From the NCBI RefSeq assembly GCF_965363235.1, contig NC_134841.1, positions 74,653,723-74,717,722 of the forward strand: 64,000 nt of DNA, read 5' to 3'. The position numbers and the translations under genes are program-made. Origin of the DNA: Mytilus galloprovincialis (lineage: Eukaryota). Each line of letters opens with the position of its first letter. Position 1 is the stretch's first letter. Below the pieces are notes generated by a model. That model saw only the letters and a list, made by a program, of their open reading frames with translations. It was not told where the DNA came from and did not search any database. This document shows, one piece after another, positions 1 through 12,693 of the stretch.

Positions 1-127
1 AATCGGTCTAGTTTTAGGTGAATGTTAACAACTTTTAAAAAAGTAGTGATATTTGATAGAAAGGTTGAACATTTTGCAACCAGAGATTTTCCTTTCCCCT
101 TTGCTAGCTACTAGACTATATACTTAC

Positions 128-269
128 TCAGACGTGATGAATTGTGCTGCCATATTGTTCATTTGATCGTTGTTAATTTTTACCAGTTTCATTCCAATGT
201 TTATACAGTAATCTAATGAATCATAATAATTCAAAGTGGATGGTCCTAGATAGAAATATGGGCTGAAAC
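128..269 (-). CDS. Partial internal exon encoding the N-terminal half of a C-type lectin domain; the gene continues left of the window
   Basis: Minus-strand translation FSPYFYLGPSTLNYYDSLDYCINIGMKLVKINNDQMNNMAAQFITSE fits the CTLD start pattern (CY.F....TW.EA...C...G..L..I.S.EE..F). An acceptor ttctgcag lies at 270-277 (RC) and a gtaagt donor at 122-127 (RC). Confidence 0.4.
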
Positions 270-365
270 CTGCAGAAAAATACAATAATTGAAAATTCAG
301 TCGTAGTACATTTTTCTTTCTTTGATTTTGTGTGTTTTTTTTTTTTGGTACTTTTATTTTCATGC

Positions 366-600
366 CAGGTGAAGCACACGTCCGGGTGCGGGAGTTTCTC
401 GCTGCATTAAAGACTCATTGGTGGCCTTCGGCTATTGTCTGCTCTTTGGTTGTTAGTTCTTTGTCACTTTCCCCATTTCTATTCTCAATTTTATGTAAAG
501 TTAAGAATGAATGAAAGGAGATGTGTGATACAAGTCAATGAGATAGGAACCTAACGAAACAACAATAATCAAAGTTTGAAGAGGTCCATACTTAGGACAT
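366..600 (+). mobile_element. SINE-like short interspersed repeat (family unclassified)
   Basis: Shares gggtgcggga(g/a)tttctcgc...ttccccatttc.attctcaatttta with 50738-50880 and 42890-42950. Its tail aaggagatgtg.gata.aagtcaat recurs at 32437-32520. Confidence 0.35.
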
Positions 601-2992
601 AAGCCTATCTCTGTCTTTTTACATTTTTTAAAAATAGTTCCACCCTTCTGTTATATTGTTGTATGTACAAGGAAGTGGGACGTGTTTGCAATAGCGTCAA
701 ACAGAGCATTATAGAGCAAGAACAATCTCAATCATAATTGAAATATTTTTCTACACTTTATAATTTTCGTGTGCCTGATGCGCATTTCTATGTTTATCTT
801 CATTAGGAACGCGCAAATCTAAAAATATATAGGGAGTTGGTTTCATTGGCACATTGCAGTGACTTTATTTTTTGGGAGGGCTAATTGGAACATGGGTACC
901 AATTGTCTAGTCCATTTTCTGTCACTTACGAATCTTTCACTTTATCAATTTGTGACAAGATAAATGGTAAACTTAAACTGTAAAGTTGATTCAGTGATTC
1001 AAACGAGTTTTTGAGGAAATATATGTGTATGTGCGCGTTCGCTATATTCGTAGACTTAGTTTAGGTTTTGAAATATTGATTTGACATGAAACAAATTATG
1101 AAAAAGTCGTCCTAGTATGCAAATCATACTACGGACGTCATTTGGTGTGAAAATTTGGAAGAATGATATCATAAGAACTAATAAACGAACCTTGTTACAG
1201 TTATGTATACAATTTTCCATTAAATCAGTGTATCGTTACGTATTTCAAAATGTCATACCTTTTAATAAGTAAAGTCAGTACATTCGTCGATACCGGTACG
1301 TTACATATGCGCGTATTAGTATTACATTTGCGAGAGAAATATCATTACGCTTGCAAGTATTGTACGTTTATGAAAGGACCATAATTAGACTGTCTATAGC
1401 TTAAAATAAAGGGAAGAATTCGTGTAAGGCGAAACTTAGAACTGGTGACCAATCTACCACCCGTTATGTCTTGCACTACTGGTATATATATGCAGCCAAC
1501 TGACGAATACTCTTGGCATGGACGAAACCTGTTTTTAAATTACTATTTTGAAATCCTCACATTCAAATGTAATGATATTTCACGCGCTGAAATCCGTACA
1601 TTCGAAAGGTAATGATATTTCTCGCGCAAATGCAACATTTTCCCCTGTAAATTAAAAACCATGGTCCAAATGACACCAGAAAATTGAATGGATATTCGTC
1701 AAGGAAAATATATAATAGGACTTTTAGAAAGATAGTTGTATTTTATAGCATGGCAAATATACAGGAAGATGTATAGGTTAAAGTCGCGCAAATGTTATAT
1801 TTTAATGTTCGTTAATCCCAAAATCCACCCCGCTTCTATACAGGTTTACATACCTCGTATTATGACCACTTGTAAGAAGAGCATCCAAGACAGCTTCAAA
1901 GGTATCATTGTAAAAAAAATTATTAAATTGAATAAACACTTGCAAACACTAAAATAAATGGCTTTCAATTTGTTTAAGGAGAACTGCGCCCGAGGTATAC
2001 ATGAAATGATATCCAACTAATAATCATCTAGGCTTTAAATATTCTATGTACCATGAAGCAAAAGATATGTTATTAAATTGAATTCGAAATTATAGGTCAA
2101 TTAAATAAATATATATTATATTTGTCTGGAGCTATTTGTTAGCAAATTAACTCTGGGAAGTCAAAACCTGAATACATAAACAAATACATGTAGATAACAA
2201 TAGACACAAAAACAAATTTGAATTTAAAGCCGGTATGTAAATAATAGTGTTTGGGTAAATAGTAAAAAAAGTACGTATGAACGCGTGGTCTTTGTTTCAC
2301 TTATTGAACATCGTTACAGGTTCAAATATAGTCCTCGTGTACTTGGGGCTGTTATTAAATAGTTTTTTTCCCATTCAATGCCCTTTTTTATATATTGATT
2401 TACATTGTATGTTTGTCCCAAATGGAAGAAATATAACAATTGATAAATCAATTGTACCATTCATTGACCAACAAAATATGAACTATTCGGCCGGTATCTA
2501 TTTCACTGACGTCTTCACTCGCAGTCAACATCAAAAAGTATTTGAATAGAAGGTTATTAACTCGTAGATTTTGTATATATTTGTAATGACTCTCTTTTAG
2601 TACGGTTTTTGTTTTGTATTTTTAGAAATTGTCATTCTCATCTGGTAATGCATATACCAATAGATTCTTAATACGCACCGAGAGAGCTACACTTACCCCT
2701 GAAGTTGAGGCTGTGACATTATTTTTAAAATTTTAAAGCAGGTGTTTTAAAGAGCATAAAACACTGTGGTTGAATTTGTTTCTATAATATTACATTGTAT
2801 CTTATATATACTAGTAATAAAACCCAAAGTTATTTTTACGCCGCTGAATTCAAGTTCAGTACTGTTTAGATAGCTCGCTTGCAGTCAATCAATCCAGTTC
2901 TGTTCTATAGCATTTCAGACCTTTGTCGAATTTGAAAAAAAGAGATAAACAAATATTAGTCAGAACAGTCTGAAATTAGACAGAGCATATCT

Positions 2993-3388
2993 TACAATCT
3001 AATTAAAAACCAATCTCTCATCGCTCCCGTTTTCTGATATGTCGCGTAGGAGATCTAACGAAATCCGCCGCAGTTTGAGGTCACATGTGAGTGACCTCGT
3101 AGGTGTGTCTTTTTCGACCAATGAAAATGAGTCTTCCACGATCTTGAAAGTTTATCGTGAGGTAAAGGGATGTAACTCATTTTATTTACGAAGAAATCGC
3201 CAGTCAAAAGAATTCATAAACTTTTTTGATTGGCTTATTGATAGGTCGTCAACTCATTTGCATATCATTATAAATTCATAACTTCTAGTTCACTCACATG
3301 TGACCTCAAAGCAGGTTTCGTTAGATCTCCCACGCGACATATCAGAAAACGGGAGCGATGAGAGATCGGTTTTAAATTAGATTGCATA
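2993..3388. mobile_element. MITE with ~100-bp terminal inverted repeats and possible 8-9 bp TSD (CATATCTTA)
   Basis: 2995-3098 is the reverse complement of 3290-3385 (caatctaattaaaaaccaatctctcatcgctcccgttttctgatatgtcgcg...). The flanks share gcatatctta. Confidence 0.5.
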
Positions 3389-3989
3389 TCTTATTGACTG
3401 TAATCGATGTGTCTAAATAGCACTGAATTTGCGCGAACGCTTAACTTTAACCAATGAAAGTTACAACTCTGCATGAATTCATACTACATTGTATAGGGGA
3501 TAAGTCTAAAAATGTATTTACAAACTGAAAATGATTGATTAATTTAGTGATCAGTTTCTTTTCAGATATGTTCAGATCAAACGTATCATAGCAAGGTTTC
3601 TTTTCGATAAATAAAGTTGACCTAACCTTATGGTATATTAAGAAAAAAGGTCCCAACCTGGGGCCAACCGATATAAGTATACAAGTCTCAGTTTCAAAAT
3701 TGCTATTAGTAAATTGTTAATATCCTTACTCATATAATGTAATCGAAAACATGATAAGGTCAGCTGATTGTGACAAAGTTTTGAGAGAAGGGGCCAGTGG
3801 TATCACATGAACATTTTCAGGGCATGCTATTAACAAAGCACATTGGGTAAATTGCAATTTAAAAGAAATCATCGGTGTTACCAAAACAACTAAAGGCATA
3901 TATTTCCTACATAACCAGGACTTCAACAATATTGTTATAGTATGTGTTCATACAGGAACTTCTTAGGAAGAAAGATAAGAAGTAGCAAT

Positions 3990-4448
3990 ATCCTTTAACT
4001 CTACTTTCCGCTATATAGATGATGTTCTTTCACTAAATAATTCAAATTTTGGTGACTTTGTCGAACGCATCTATCCCATTGAACTACAGATAAAGGATAC
4101 AACAGATACGATACAGTCAGTAAGTCGGCCTCATATCTTGACTTACATCTAGAAATTGACAATGAGGGTCGATTGAAAACAAAACTTTACGACAAAAGAG
4201 AAGATTTCAGCTTTCCAATTGTGAACTTTCCATTTCTAAGTAGCAACATTCCAGCAGCATCTGCATACGGTGTATATATCTCCCAATTGATACGATATTC
4301 CCGTGCTTGCATTTCCTTTCATGATTTTCTTGATAGAGGGTTGTTGCTCACAAGGAAGCTATTAAATCAAGAGTTCCAAATGGTGAAGTTGAAATCATCT
4401 CTTCGTAAATTTTACGGACGCACGAGTTGGTTGACCGTTATGGAATAA
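3990..4448 (+). pseudogene. Frameshifted reverse-transcriptase fragment, Penelope-like element (PLE) type
   Basis: Frame 1 reads FRYIDDVLSLNNSNFGDFVERIYPIELQIKDTTDT (YxDD motif). After a frameshift near 4100-4150, frame 0 reads SYLDLHLEIDNEGRLKTKLYDKREDFSFPIVNFPFL...YGVYISQLIRYSRACISFHDFLDRGLLLTRKLLNQEF, which matches the PLE RT thumb pattern FT.E.E...L.FLD...g.l.t.vyrK. There is no intact ORF and no GIY-YIG domain. Confidence 0.5.
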
Positions 4449-4867
4449 ACGTTTCACAAATGATATCGGATATGTTCCTTACGTCGTAACTACAACCCCT
4501 AGTTTTTTGGTGGGGTTCGTGTTGTTTCTTCTTTAGTTTCCTATGTTGTGTCATGTGTACTATTGTTTGTCTGTTTGTCCTTTTCATTTTTAGCCATGGC
4601 GTTGTCATTTTATTTTCCATTTAGGAGTTTGACTATCTCTCTGGTATCTTTCGTCCCTCTTTTATACGTTCATATAATTGAGAAAACAATTTCCCGTCCA
4701 CGCTGTAATGTCTCGTCTGTTTTATTGGTCATGATTCAATTAATACCAATGATAAATGCATATATTGAGATGATGGTCAGAGAATCCATGCCAGAAGGAC
4801 ATGAACGAGTCAAATAATTCCATACATCAATTAAATCTAACATATTGCAAATGTATCTTAACGCTCA

Positions 4868-5005
4868 CAGTCGGATCCAGGCTCACACCCTTTCGTGGGG
4901 GAAAATGGTTGATTATATAGGGAATCATTGAAGCATGACTGGAGGCCCCCCTATGTCAGTCAGCGGCCCCCTCTCCTTATGAACAGTTCTATATCCGTCA
5001 CTGAC
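4868..5005. mobile_element. Degenerate copy of a small palindromic MITE family with GGCGGATCC-type termini
   Basis: Core ggttgattatatagggaatcattgaagcatgactgga and flanking C/G homopolymers are nearly identical to 51911-52052. Only the left terminus cggatccagg is retained. Confidence 0.35.
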
Positions 5006-6527
5006 GCTGAACTTTAAAAATTGGGTTCTTTAATGTCAGATAAACTTGTGTTAGGACATGTGCACCTTAAAAAGACTGCATGCACCAAATATATTGGACA
5101 TTTTACTTTAAGTAGAAGACGTTGATATCGATCAATAACCCATAAATTAGGGTAAGAAGAACCCTCACAGCCAGGCACACCTTACAATCAAAGACATATA
5201 ATATGTATTATAATATGTATTGTATGTCTGTTTCGCCCAATTGATTTTTTACATGTTTAGGCCTTGTATAGCAGACTAAATGTTTTTTTCTCTCTCATTG
5301 TTGAAGGCTGTGAAGGCGGTCTATAATTGCTAAAATCAACCTCAATTAAATTTTGGTGGAAATTTTGTCGCATTGTCTGTCATACTACATATCCTTATGT
5401 TTACATGAAAATATAGCTGCAAAGTCAGCTACAGTAAGTTCGTGATTGCAGTTTTGAACTTTATTCCCAATAACATCCCAAAAGAGAAAAAATCAGGTGA
5501 AAATATATAGCCTGGCCCCAAGCGTAATTAGTCCAAAACAGGAGAGTCAGTGGTTCTGTGAGACTTGAAATTTGTTTAGTCTGGAATCAAGCTGTAAGTT
5601 TTGTTGTTTGAATTGTTTTACACTTTTTCATGTTTGGGGCCTTTTTATATAGTGAATGAACTTTGCAACCAATCCACATTTCCCGTATTTAAATTGTTGG
5701 ATTTTCTCAAGATGTTCAGGGTAATATATCTTGTTGTGCTTGTCATTTTTTCAGTTTAAAGTGTTAACCTTTTTGACTAGTTTTCAAAATTGGGCGCACT
5801 ACGTTTGCGTGCATTTGGGGATTAAAATGTTTTACGTTTGCGCTCAGCTTTCGATTACATTTGCGCGCATTCATTTTACAGGTAAACGTAGGTAAAAATA
5901 TAAAAAATAAAAATTAAATCAAGTTGTAATTGACTATATATATATATTTTTTTATTTTCATAATAAATATGACTATCAATTATTAATTTTGAAAGTATTT
6001 CTTAATTCAAATTATATATTGTTTATATCGAATACTAAAACCAATTATAAAGTGATCATTATAAACTCCGTAGTATAGCTTAAGGCATACATGTAACTTC
6101 ATTGTGAATATTTCAGGATGAAAAGTGTTTCAACTAATAGTGTTCGTTTTTAAAATTAGTAAATAATTTAAGTTCGTATGTAAAGTTACACCAAGGTACA
6201 CACATGGAGTTTCGGCACGTACCGACATGTAAAGTAATGATTTTATCAATACTTTTACCTTTATTAAAGATTAGCTATGTTTTAACATTTTAACATTTTC
6301 TAGGATTTAGTGCTTGTGTAACGGTTTATTTCTTCCTCTGTGATATTCTATCCTATACTATGAATTATTATTATTTCATATTATTTGTAAAGGATAAGTT
6401 TTTTTCTAATAACTATTCAATAAGTTTACAACCCAGATAGAATTTCACAGCAAAGGAAAAATATTCTAGGGAAACATTTTCCTCCGGATAAAAAAGTAAC
6501 AACAACTACTGTGACATTTTTTCCTCC

Positions 6528-7070
6528 GGATCAAATTTCACCCGGATATAATTTTGCTTTACACTTGTGCATACTAAAATGGACTTATCTTGCTCGAAAT
6601 CCCACTTCCACCTCATCGTTGGTGAGCAGGGGACCAAGACTAACGGAATTAGTACTTATACTTGTAAATAATTGTACAAATTATAAATAAATAAGTATTA
6701 TTACCTGTATTTAACCTGAGTTAACTTCTCAAAAAAATGCGCACAATTGTAATCAAAAGCTGCGCGCAAACGTAATGCACCGTCAAAATTAGTAAAACCG
6801 GATCAAATTTCACCCGGATATAATTTTGCTTTACACTTGTGCATACTAAAATGGACTTATCTTGCTCGAAATCCCACTTCCACCTCATCGTTGGTGAGCA
6901 GGGGACCAAGACTAACGGAATTAGTACTTATACTTGTAAATAATTGTACAAATTATAAATAAATAAGTATTATTACCTGTATTTAACCTGAGTTAACTTC
7001 TCAAAAAAATGCGCACAATTGTAATCAAAAGCTGCGCGCAAACGTAATGCACCGTCAAAATTAGTAAAAC
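6528..7070 (+). repeat. Tandem duplication, 2 copies of 272 bp
   Basis: 6528-6799 and 6800-7070 are near-identical (ggatcaaatttcacccggatataattttgctttacacttgtgcatactaaaatgg...). The unit's 3' end (gcgcgcaaacgtaatgcaccgtc) is inverted-homologous to 5800-5885. Confidence 0.7.
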
Positions 7071-7250
7071 TGACCAAACGTCAAAGGTAAGAGAATGTTT
7101 GTGTAATCTATTACTCAAATTTTTGTATACAATTGATGACTACGGTATAGGACATCAAAAGATCAAAATCTTTAAAATATCATATATGGAAAGTTGAAAT
7201 TTCTTCATCTATTGGTGAATATTTGTCTTCTGTATACCCCCTCATACCAG

Positions 7251-7399
7251 TGGCGGATCCAACCATTTCAAAAAGGGGGGTTCCAAACCCAGAGTAAAAA
7301 GGGGGGGGGGTTCCAGCTATATGCTCCCATTCAAATGCACTGATCGGCCATAAAAAAAGGGGTTCCAACCCCGGAACCCCCCCCTGGATCCGCCAATGC
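7251..7399. mobile_element. Palindromic MITE with GGCGGATCC termini
   Basis: tggcggatccaacc ... ctggatccgccaatg; an internal ggttccaacccc / ggggttggaacc palindrome with G-runs. Confidence 0.5.
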
Positions 7400-7892
7400 A
7401 TACTTGGTTTTTGTGCAATAATACTGTTTTATAGTTGCCGATTTCAAATGAGAATATATCATATCCAGATAAGAGATACAGAGCCTTTAATTTTAATTGA
7501 CAACTTATTTGTTACATTTGGAGGATGAGTCTGAACATACTAGTAGTCAGTCAGCATTCTTATTTGGAACCAAATGTGCTTCTGTTTTTCAATCCGTTAA
7601 GGCAGACTTCAAGTAACTACGAAGTTGTGTCTAACCACCTCCGCTACATTAGAGGGTCTCATACAGTCAATAAGCTTCTGTAGCTTGAGAGAAGATAGCA
7701 TTATCCTTTACTTTCGTGTCACTATATAGAGTATGTCTCCAAACTAAATATTTCAAGTTAGTTATGAAAATATTTTTATACATTTATCCAATTTAATTTG
7801 AAAAAAAGAATAAAAACACATATAGACTTACATAAAGAAATTGACAATAAAATTTGGTTTAGAACAAAACCTTTTGAAACAAGAATGTGCAT

Positions 7893-7997
7893 TAACGGAT
7901 CCAAATGGGGGGTTGGAACCCCTTTTTTTTGGACGATCAATGCATTTGAAAGGGAGCATATTGTTGGACCCCCTTTTAAAATTGCTGGATCCACCCC
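7893..7997. mobile_element. Second, inverted and partial copy of the same GGATCC-terminated MITE subfamily
   Basis: 7897-7990 is the reverse complement of about 7300-7385 (tgctcccattcaaatgcactgatcg vs cgatcaatgcatttgaaagggagca). Confidence 0.4.
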
Positions 7998-8016
7998 TGA
8001 TGTGTCCCCAGTACAT

Positions 8017-8272
8017 GCATGCCCCATCATTTTCTATGTTCAGTGGACCGTGAAAAAGGGAGAAAATCTCTAATTTGGCATTACAATTAGAAAGATCATA
8101 TCGTAGGGAACATGTGTACTAAGTTTCAAGTTGATTAGACTTCAACTTCATCAAACACTTCCTCGACCAAAAACTTTAACCTGAAGCTGGATAGACGGAC
8201 AAATGGACGAACGAATGAACACTGACCAGAAAACATAATGCCCATACATGGGGCATAAAAAAAAAAAAAGAG
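8017..8272 (+). mobile_element. SINE-like ~250-bp interspersed repeat unit
   Basis: Matches 17636-17820 and 17820-18068: ttcagtggaccgtgaaa...gtgtactaagtttcaagttgatt.gacttca.cttcatcaaa...gaccaaaaactttaacctgaa...(ggacggac)n...gaccagaaaacataatgccc...ggggcataaaa. Confidence 0.5.
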
Positions 8273-10056
8273 ATAATTTCAAATTTCTGAGTTGAGTAAA
8301 GGATATGAAGGGGAAGAGTTGAAGAAATCCTAAAGAAAGTTTCATGTATACCTTCATGGGTAGGACGACCGTCATGAAATATCTGTCACAAATGATAACC
8401 TCAATTATAGCCACAACCCGGTTCTCGTTTTCTTGATTGTACTATAACAAGATAAGACTAATCATCAAGTTTTTACTAACCAAGAGCAATATTGGTAGTA
8501 CCTAGGAGGTTGGATTTACTTAGTCAGAAGTTTTCTTTGTAGTGTTTTGAAAGCAATTTTTGTGTTAGTAATTTCTTGCTCTTTGTTGCATTTTCTTCAG
8601 GCTTTGTGTATTTTTAATTGTTTCTGTGATATCTTCCACCTCTTTTTTTAGCAAACATAATTAATGTTTCAAGTTCTTTTAACCATAAACATGTCTTAAT
8701 TTTTTAAGGCAATAGCAATAAATTGCTTTGCCAAGGGCAGCTGGATACGACTGCAGAGGTCCAACCCTGAACTGTTGGGCAAAAATAGACATAATTTTCA
8801 CGCTTGATACAGGTTTGAATTTGGATTGTAATTAAATATTTGACACATACTAGGTTTAAAACACAGAACAACTGTAGTCAAAGAACTTAGAATTGGTAAT
8901 ATGCTTAATTTTTTCTTTTGTCTAATACACAATGCTGTTGCAAATTGCCCCCCCTCCCTCCCCCCCCCCAAAAAAAAATACTCTCCCTTTATTTTATTTT
9001 ATGCAATACACTTTCAATTCAAATTTCCATCGAAGATGCAACCATAATTACCCATTTAAATATATCTTTTAATTTAAAAGTCTTATAATAAAAAAAAATT
9101 TTTTTTGCAGTCGTATAAAACACGAAATATTGATAAAAATCCTCATTTATTTAGTCTTGCCTATCATTTTTGAATTTGAAGTTTCATTCTAACAATTATA
9201 CCTATCAAGATAATAGGCTAACATGGTCATTTAAGGGTAATGCCTAGTATGTAACTGGTCTGACAGTTTTGGTGTAAGTGGACATTTGGTATATCTCAAT
9301 AATTTGGAGACATCTCTTATTTGTATTTAATATCATTTTTCTTGTCTTTGTTTCATAACATGATGCACATGTTTTTTTTTATAAACTTAAAACATATCAT
9401 GTGCTCAGAAAGTAACAATAACACTCCAGGGAATTCCTAATACATGTAGTTCTAATTTAGAAACAAAAGCTAGCAGGCTAAATATTAAACAAGAATTAAA
9501 ATCAAAATTTCAGGGGCAATAAGTTTAAAATAGCCTTGAACAGATTTTTCTGATATATTCAGTAAGTGCTTGGTGAGATGGACATTTTTACTGTTAGTTT
9601 CTCTCTAAATTCTATAGTTTTCCAGAAAATAGCTAACAAACAGCAGTTTGCTTCCTATGTTTGATCATTAGCCTTGGCGACCATGATGATCAATCTATCA
9701 AGATACAGATCACATAAAGATGCCAGACAGAACAAAAAACAATAAGGCAACTGTAGTGTTTAACAGATATGATTAATCCAGCTCTTTTTTCTTCTGAGAC
9801 AAAGTTTTATTCAAATAGCCTTGTTTGCATCAGTTTGTCATGTCTGTCTAGCAGTCTGTGACTTATTTTGTAGGCAAAACAAAAATCATTTAAATGAGCT
9901 AACAATTTATTTTCTTTCTATGATTAACAAATGTAAATTTCTCCTCAGTTAACAATGGCAAAATGTGTTCTTTGCATATAAATTTGTTTATTGTGAATTC
10001 TATTTTTTTTTTGCAGTTTTTAGTCTTTCTTCTGTGTTGGTCAATCAAATATATGT

Positions 10057-10159
10057 TTAGGTTGAACTAATCCTCCTCTTCCTTTCTGAGTCCATGTTTT
10101 TGGCCCTTCTCCACAGAGTTTGTGTAGGTGTTGATTTCAAGTAGCTGAGTGATAGCAGT
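10057..10159 (-). CDS. MCMBP: MCM-binding protein, coding exon 14 (terminal, stop TAA at 10057-10059)
   Basis: (R)LLSLSYLKSTPTQTLWRRAKNMDSERKRRISST* aligns with human CLSLSAGQTSLSRERWLRAKQLESLRRTRL. Acceptor tttcag. A possible polyA signal AATAAA lies at 9979-9984 (minus). Confidence 0.75.
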
Positions 10160-10951
10160 CTGAAATATATATGTTATAATATATAATTTTGAAGAAAAAA
10201 AATATTATTCAAGAGCAATTAAACTGGAAAAGGAATTGATGATTTCAGCAATGTTGACTATTTGTACATCTTTAAATTTTGCTGATTATTCTAGTTTTTA
10301 AAAGTTTATCTGTATTTTTGTAAAAGTTAACGACAATGGACGACGGACGCCAAGTGATGAGAAAAGCTCACTTGGCTCTTCGGGCCAGGTGAGCTAAAAA
10401 GGGTATATATTTACAGTAGTGATTGTTTTTCAATCCTAATTTACAAATTAAATGATTCAGATGCTTAATCATGTGTAAAAATCGGTGTCAAGAATCAGAA
10501 GTTGTTATGAAATTGTAATATACAGAAAGGGATGCGGCATACGGATGTGGTAACCATTCAATGATTTTACAGCTGGCACCATAGGCCTTCAGAAGACTTG
10601 AAGTCTTCTTCCACCAAAAATATTGACTATTTATTACTAATTATTGAGCTCAACAGTCTGTTCAGTTTTGTTCCAGTCAGATTTCCTCTATTTATAAGTT
10701 TTCAACAGAACATGCATTTTACTCCTTTGTTAATTTTTTGGCCATGTTGGCCATCTAGGTTGGCAGGCGGGGTCAAAGACCACATTTTTCAAATTAAATA
10801 TTCCAATGGACACATGTCTTTGAAAGAAAAATCAATGAGAACCTAATTCAGCCCTGGAGTTGGAATACACAATGACTGATGCAAACAGACAACAGATCTT
10901 ACAGCACAGTGAACATGATGAACAGCTAGCTTATTGTAATCTATTACTTAC

Positions 10952-11040
10952 CTAACTGTACACAACAGAGAATGGAAGTCATCAACTGTCATACTTTTAC
11001 TATCAACTTTTCTCATGTCTACAAAGTCGTCTTGGATGAT
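10952..11040 (-). CDS. MCMBP: MCMBP coding exon 13
   Basis: IIQDDFVDMRKVDSKSMTVDDFHSLLCTV aligns with human [29 protein letters not shown]. Acceptor ttttag, donor gtaagt. Confidence 0.8.
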
Positions 11041-11163
11041 CTAAAATAATAATTTTCATCTTTAGATAACCCTAGAAATATTCAGCTTCTTGGAATCTAC
11101 CTAAAAACTTAAACTTACTTCAAGGTCCGCTGCAATCTCAACATAAATAAAAGAAGAATGTGT

Positions 11164-11466
11164 TTGAGGACACAAATGCCGCTCTGAAGCTCTGCAAGGA
11201 CACAAGTGCCCCTCTGAAGCTCTGCAAGGACACAAATGCCCCTCTGAAGCTCTGCAAGGACACAAATGCCCCTCTGAAGCTCTGCAAGGACACACATGCC
11301 CCTCTGAAGCTCTTCAAGGACACAAATGTCCCTCTGAAGCTCCGCAAGGACACAAATGCCCCTCTGAAGCTCTGCAAGGACACAAATGCCCCTCTGAAGC
11401 TCTGCAAGGACACAAATGCCCCTCTGAAGCTCTGCAAGGACACAAATGCCCCTCTGAAGCTCTGCA
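11164..11466. repeat. Minisatellite: 30-bp unit (tctgcaaggacacaaatgcccctctgaagc), about 10 copies, intronic in MCMBP
   Basis: Direct tandem repeats with point variants. The four overlapping ORFs in the track here are repeat artefacts. Confidence 0.9.
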
Positions 11467-11938
11467 ATTTTCAAGTTAAAAAGAGGCATAACTCTTATAC
11501 AGTAAAAGATCTTACAAGCTAAATTCAATCTATGACTGCTTGTTTTTGTGCTTAGCATTGTGTATGAGTTTCATAAATTTGAATGAGGAAAACTTAAGTT
11601 AAGAGTGCAGAAACATAAATGAGATAATAGATAAACAATTTAAAGTTGGTAAAAAATTTGCATTTAAGGGCAATTAGGAGTGATATTAGCATTTTTGTTG
11701 ATTTTGTGTTGCTGTCAGATAATTGTTAAGACTTAATAAAACATGGCAAAAACTCCAATAAGGAGACATCCATCATCCAATAGTTTTGGTCATATAAAAA
11801 GTTTTATCGATCTTATATTGTTGATCATTTTTGCCATTCACAATTCCTACTTATATGTTAAGTTATTTTTATTTTATTCTGGAATAGCTCGCAACAATAT
11901 AGATAATATCCATTTTTATTTTCTGTTCATGAACATAC

Positions 11939-12103
11939 CTTCTGCAATTCATCTGTTAATGAATAATTAATCTGTTTAGCCAATGTGATGTATGTGCGTA
12001 TCTTGGTCAACAATTCTGCTGTCATCCCCGATTCTAACATGCTAAAATGGGCTATCCAATCTTCTGGCATTATCTTGGCTTCTAATGGTAATAAACAATC
12101 ACT
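11939..12103 (-). CDS. MCMBP: MCMBP coding exon 12
   Basis: SDCLLPLEAKIMPEDWIAHFSMLESGMTAELLTKIRTYITLAKQINYSLTDELQK aligns with human [55 protein letters not shown]. Acceptor ttttcag, donor gtatgt. Confidence 0.8.
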
Positions 12104-12559
12104 CTGAAAATAAACCGTCTAAGATTCAAATACCAATCAAAATAATAGTTTCATTCATGATAAATATTTACAGATTGACGATTGATTGTTGGTGTTTTAC
12201 ATCACTTTCAGCACAAAAGTCAGTTCTTATTGGTGGAAAAAGAGATCCACAAACCTTCTGAAAGAAAAATAACAATCTTTAAAAGTGATTAATGTTTGGT
12301 ATCGATTGCACCTGCCACATCTAGGGTTCCAACGCACAACATGCACAATGTCAGTGTTGACAACTCTGCCAATTCCTGGTACAGTAATGTTCATCGAGGG
12401 GAAAACACTTTTAAAACTTTCAATTCAGCAATGAATTTCATTGATTTTCACTACTTCAGAAGATGTCATCATGAGCTACACCTAAGGCAATTTTCAAACA
12501 GGACCTGGACACATAATATGGGTACCCTACTGGAGCCCCATTAGTAGCAGAGCACTTAC

Positions 12560-12693
12560 AGGTAATATAGATTTTGCCTCAGACAGAATCATTACAGCAA
12601 CATTTGCCATGAAATCTTGTTTGTGGTAACTGAAATCATACTCCACTTTCTGCCAGCTGATCAAGTTACCTAATGCTGTCATGTTCTTAACAC
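12560..12693 (-). CDS. MCMBP: MCMBP coding exon 11
   Basis: [44 protein letters not shown] aligns with human [44 protein letters not shown]. Acceptor tttccag, donor gtaagt. Confidence 0.85.

Noticed and set aside
11101-11558. Four overlapping ORFs (64-147 aa) on both strands
   Set aside because: They are translations of the 30-bp minisatellite. The periodic peptide repeats and same-locus antisense ORFs are the signature of a tandem DNA repeat, not a gene.
12296-12544. 82-aa plus-strand ORF between MCMBP exons
   Set aside because: It lies on the wrong strand within an MCMBP intron, has no recognisable domain, and overlaps sequence whose minus-strand frames were checked for the missing MCMBP segment. 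No exon was needed there, because exons 11 and 12 are contiguous in the alignment.
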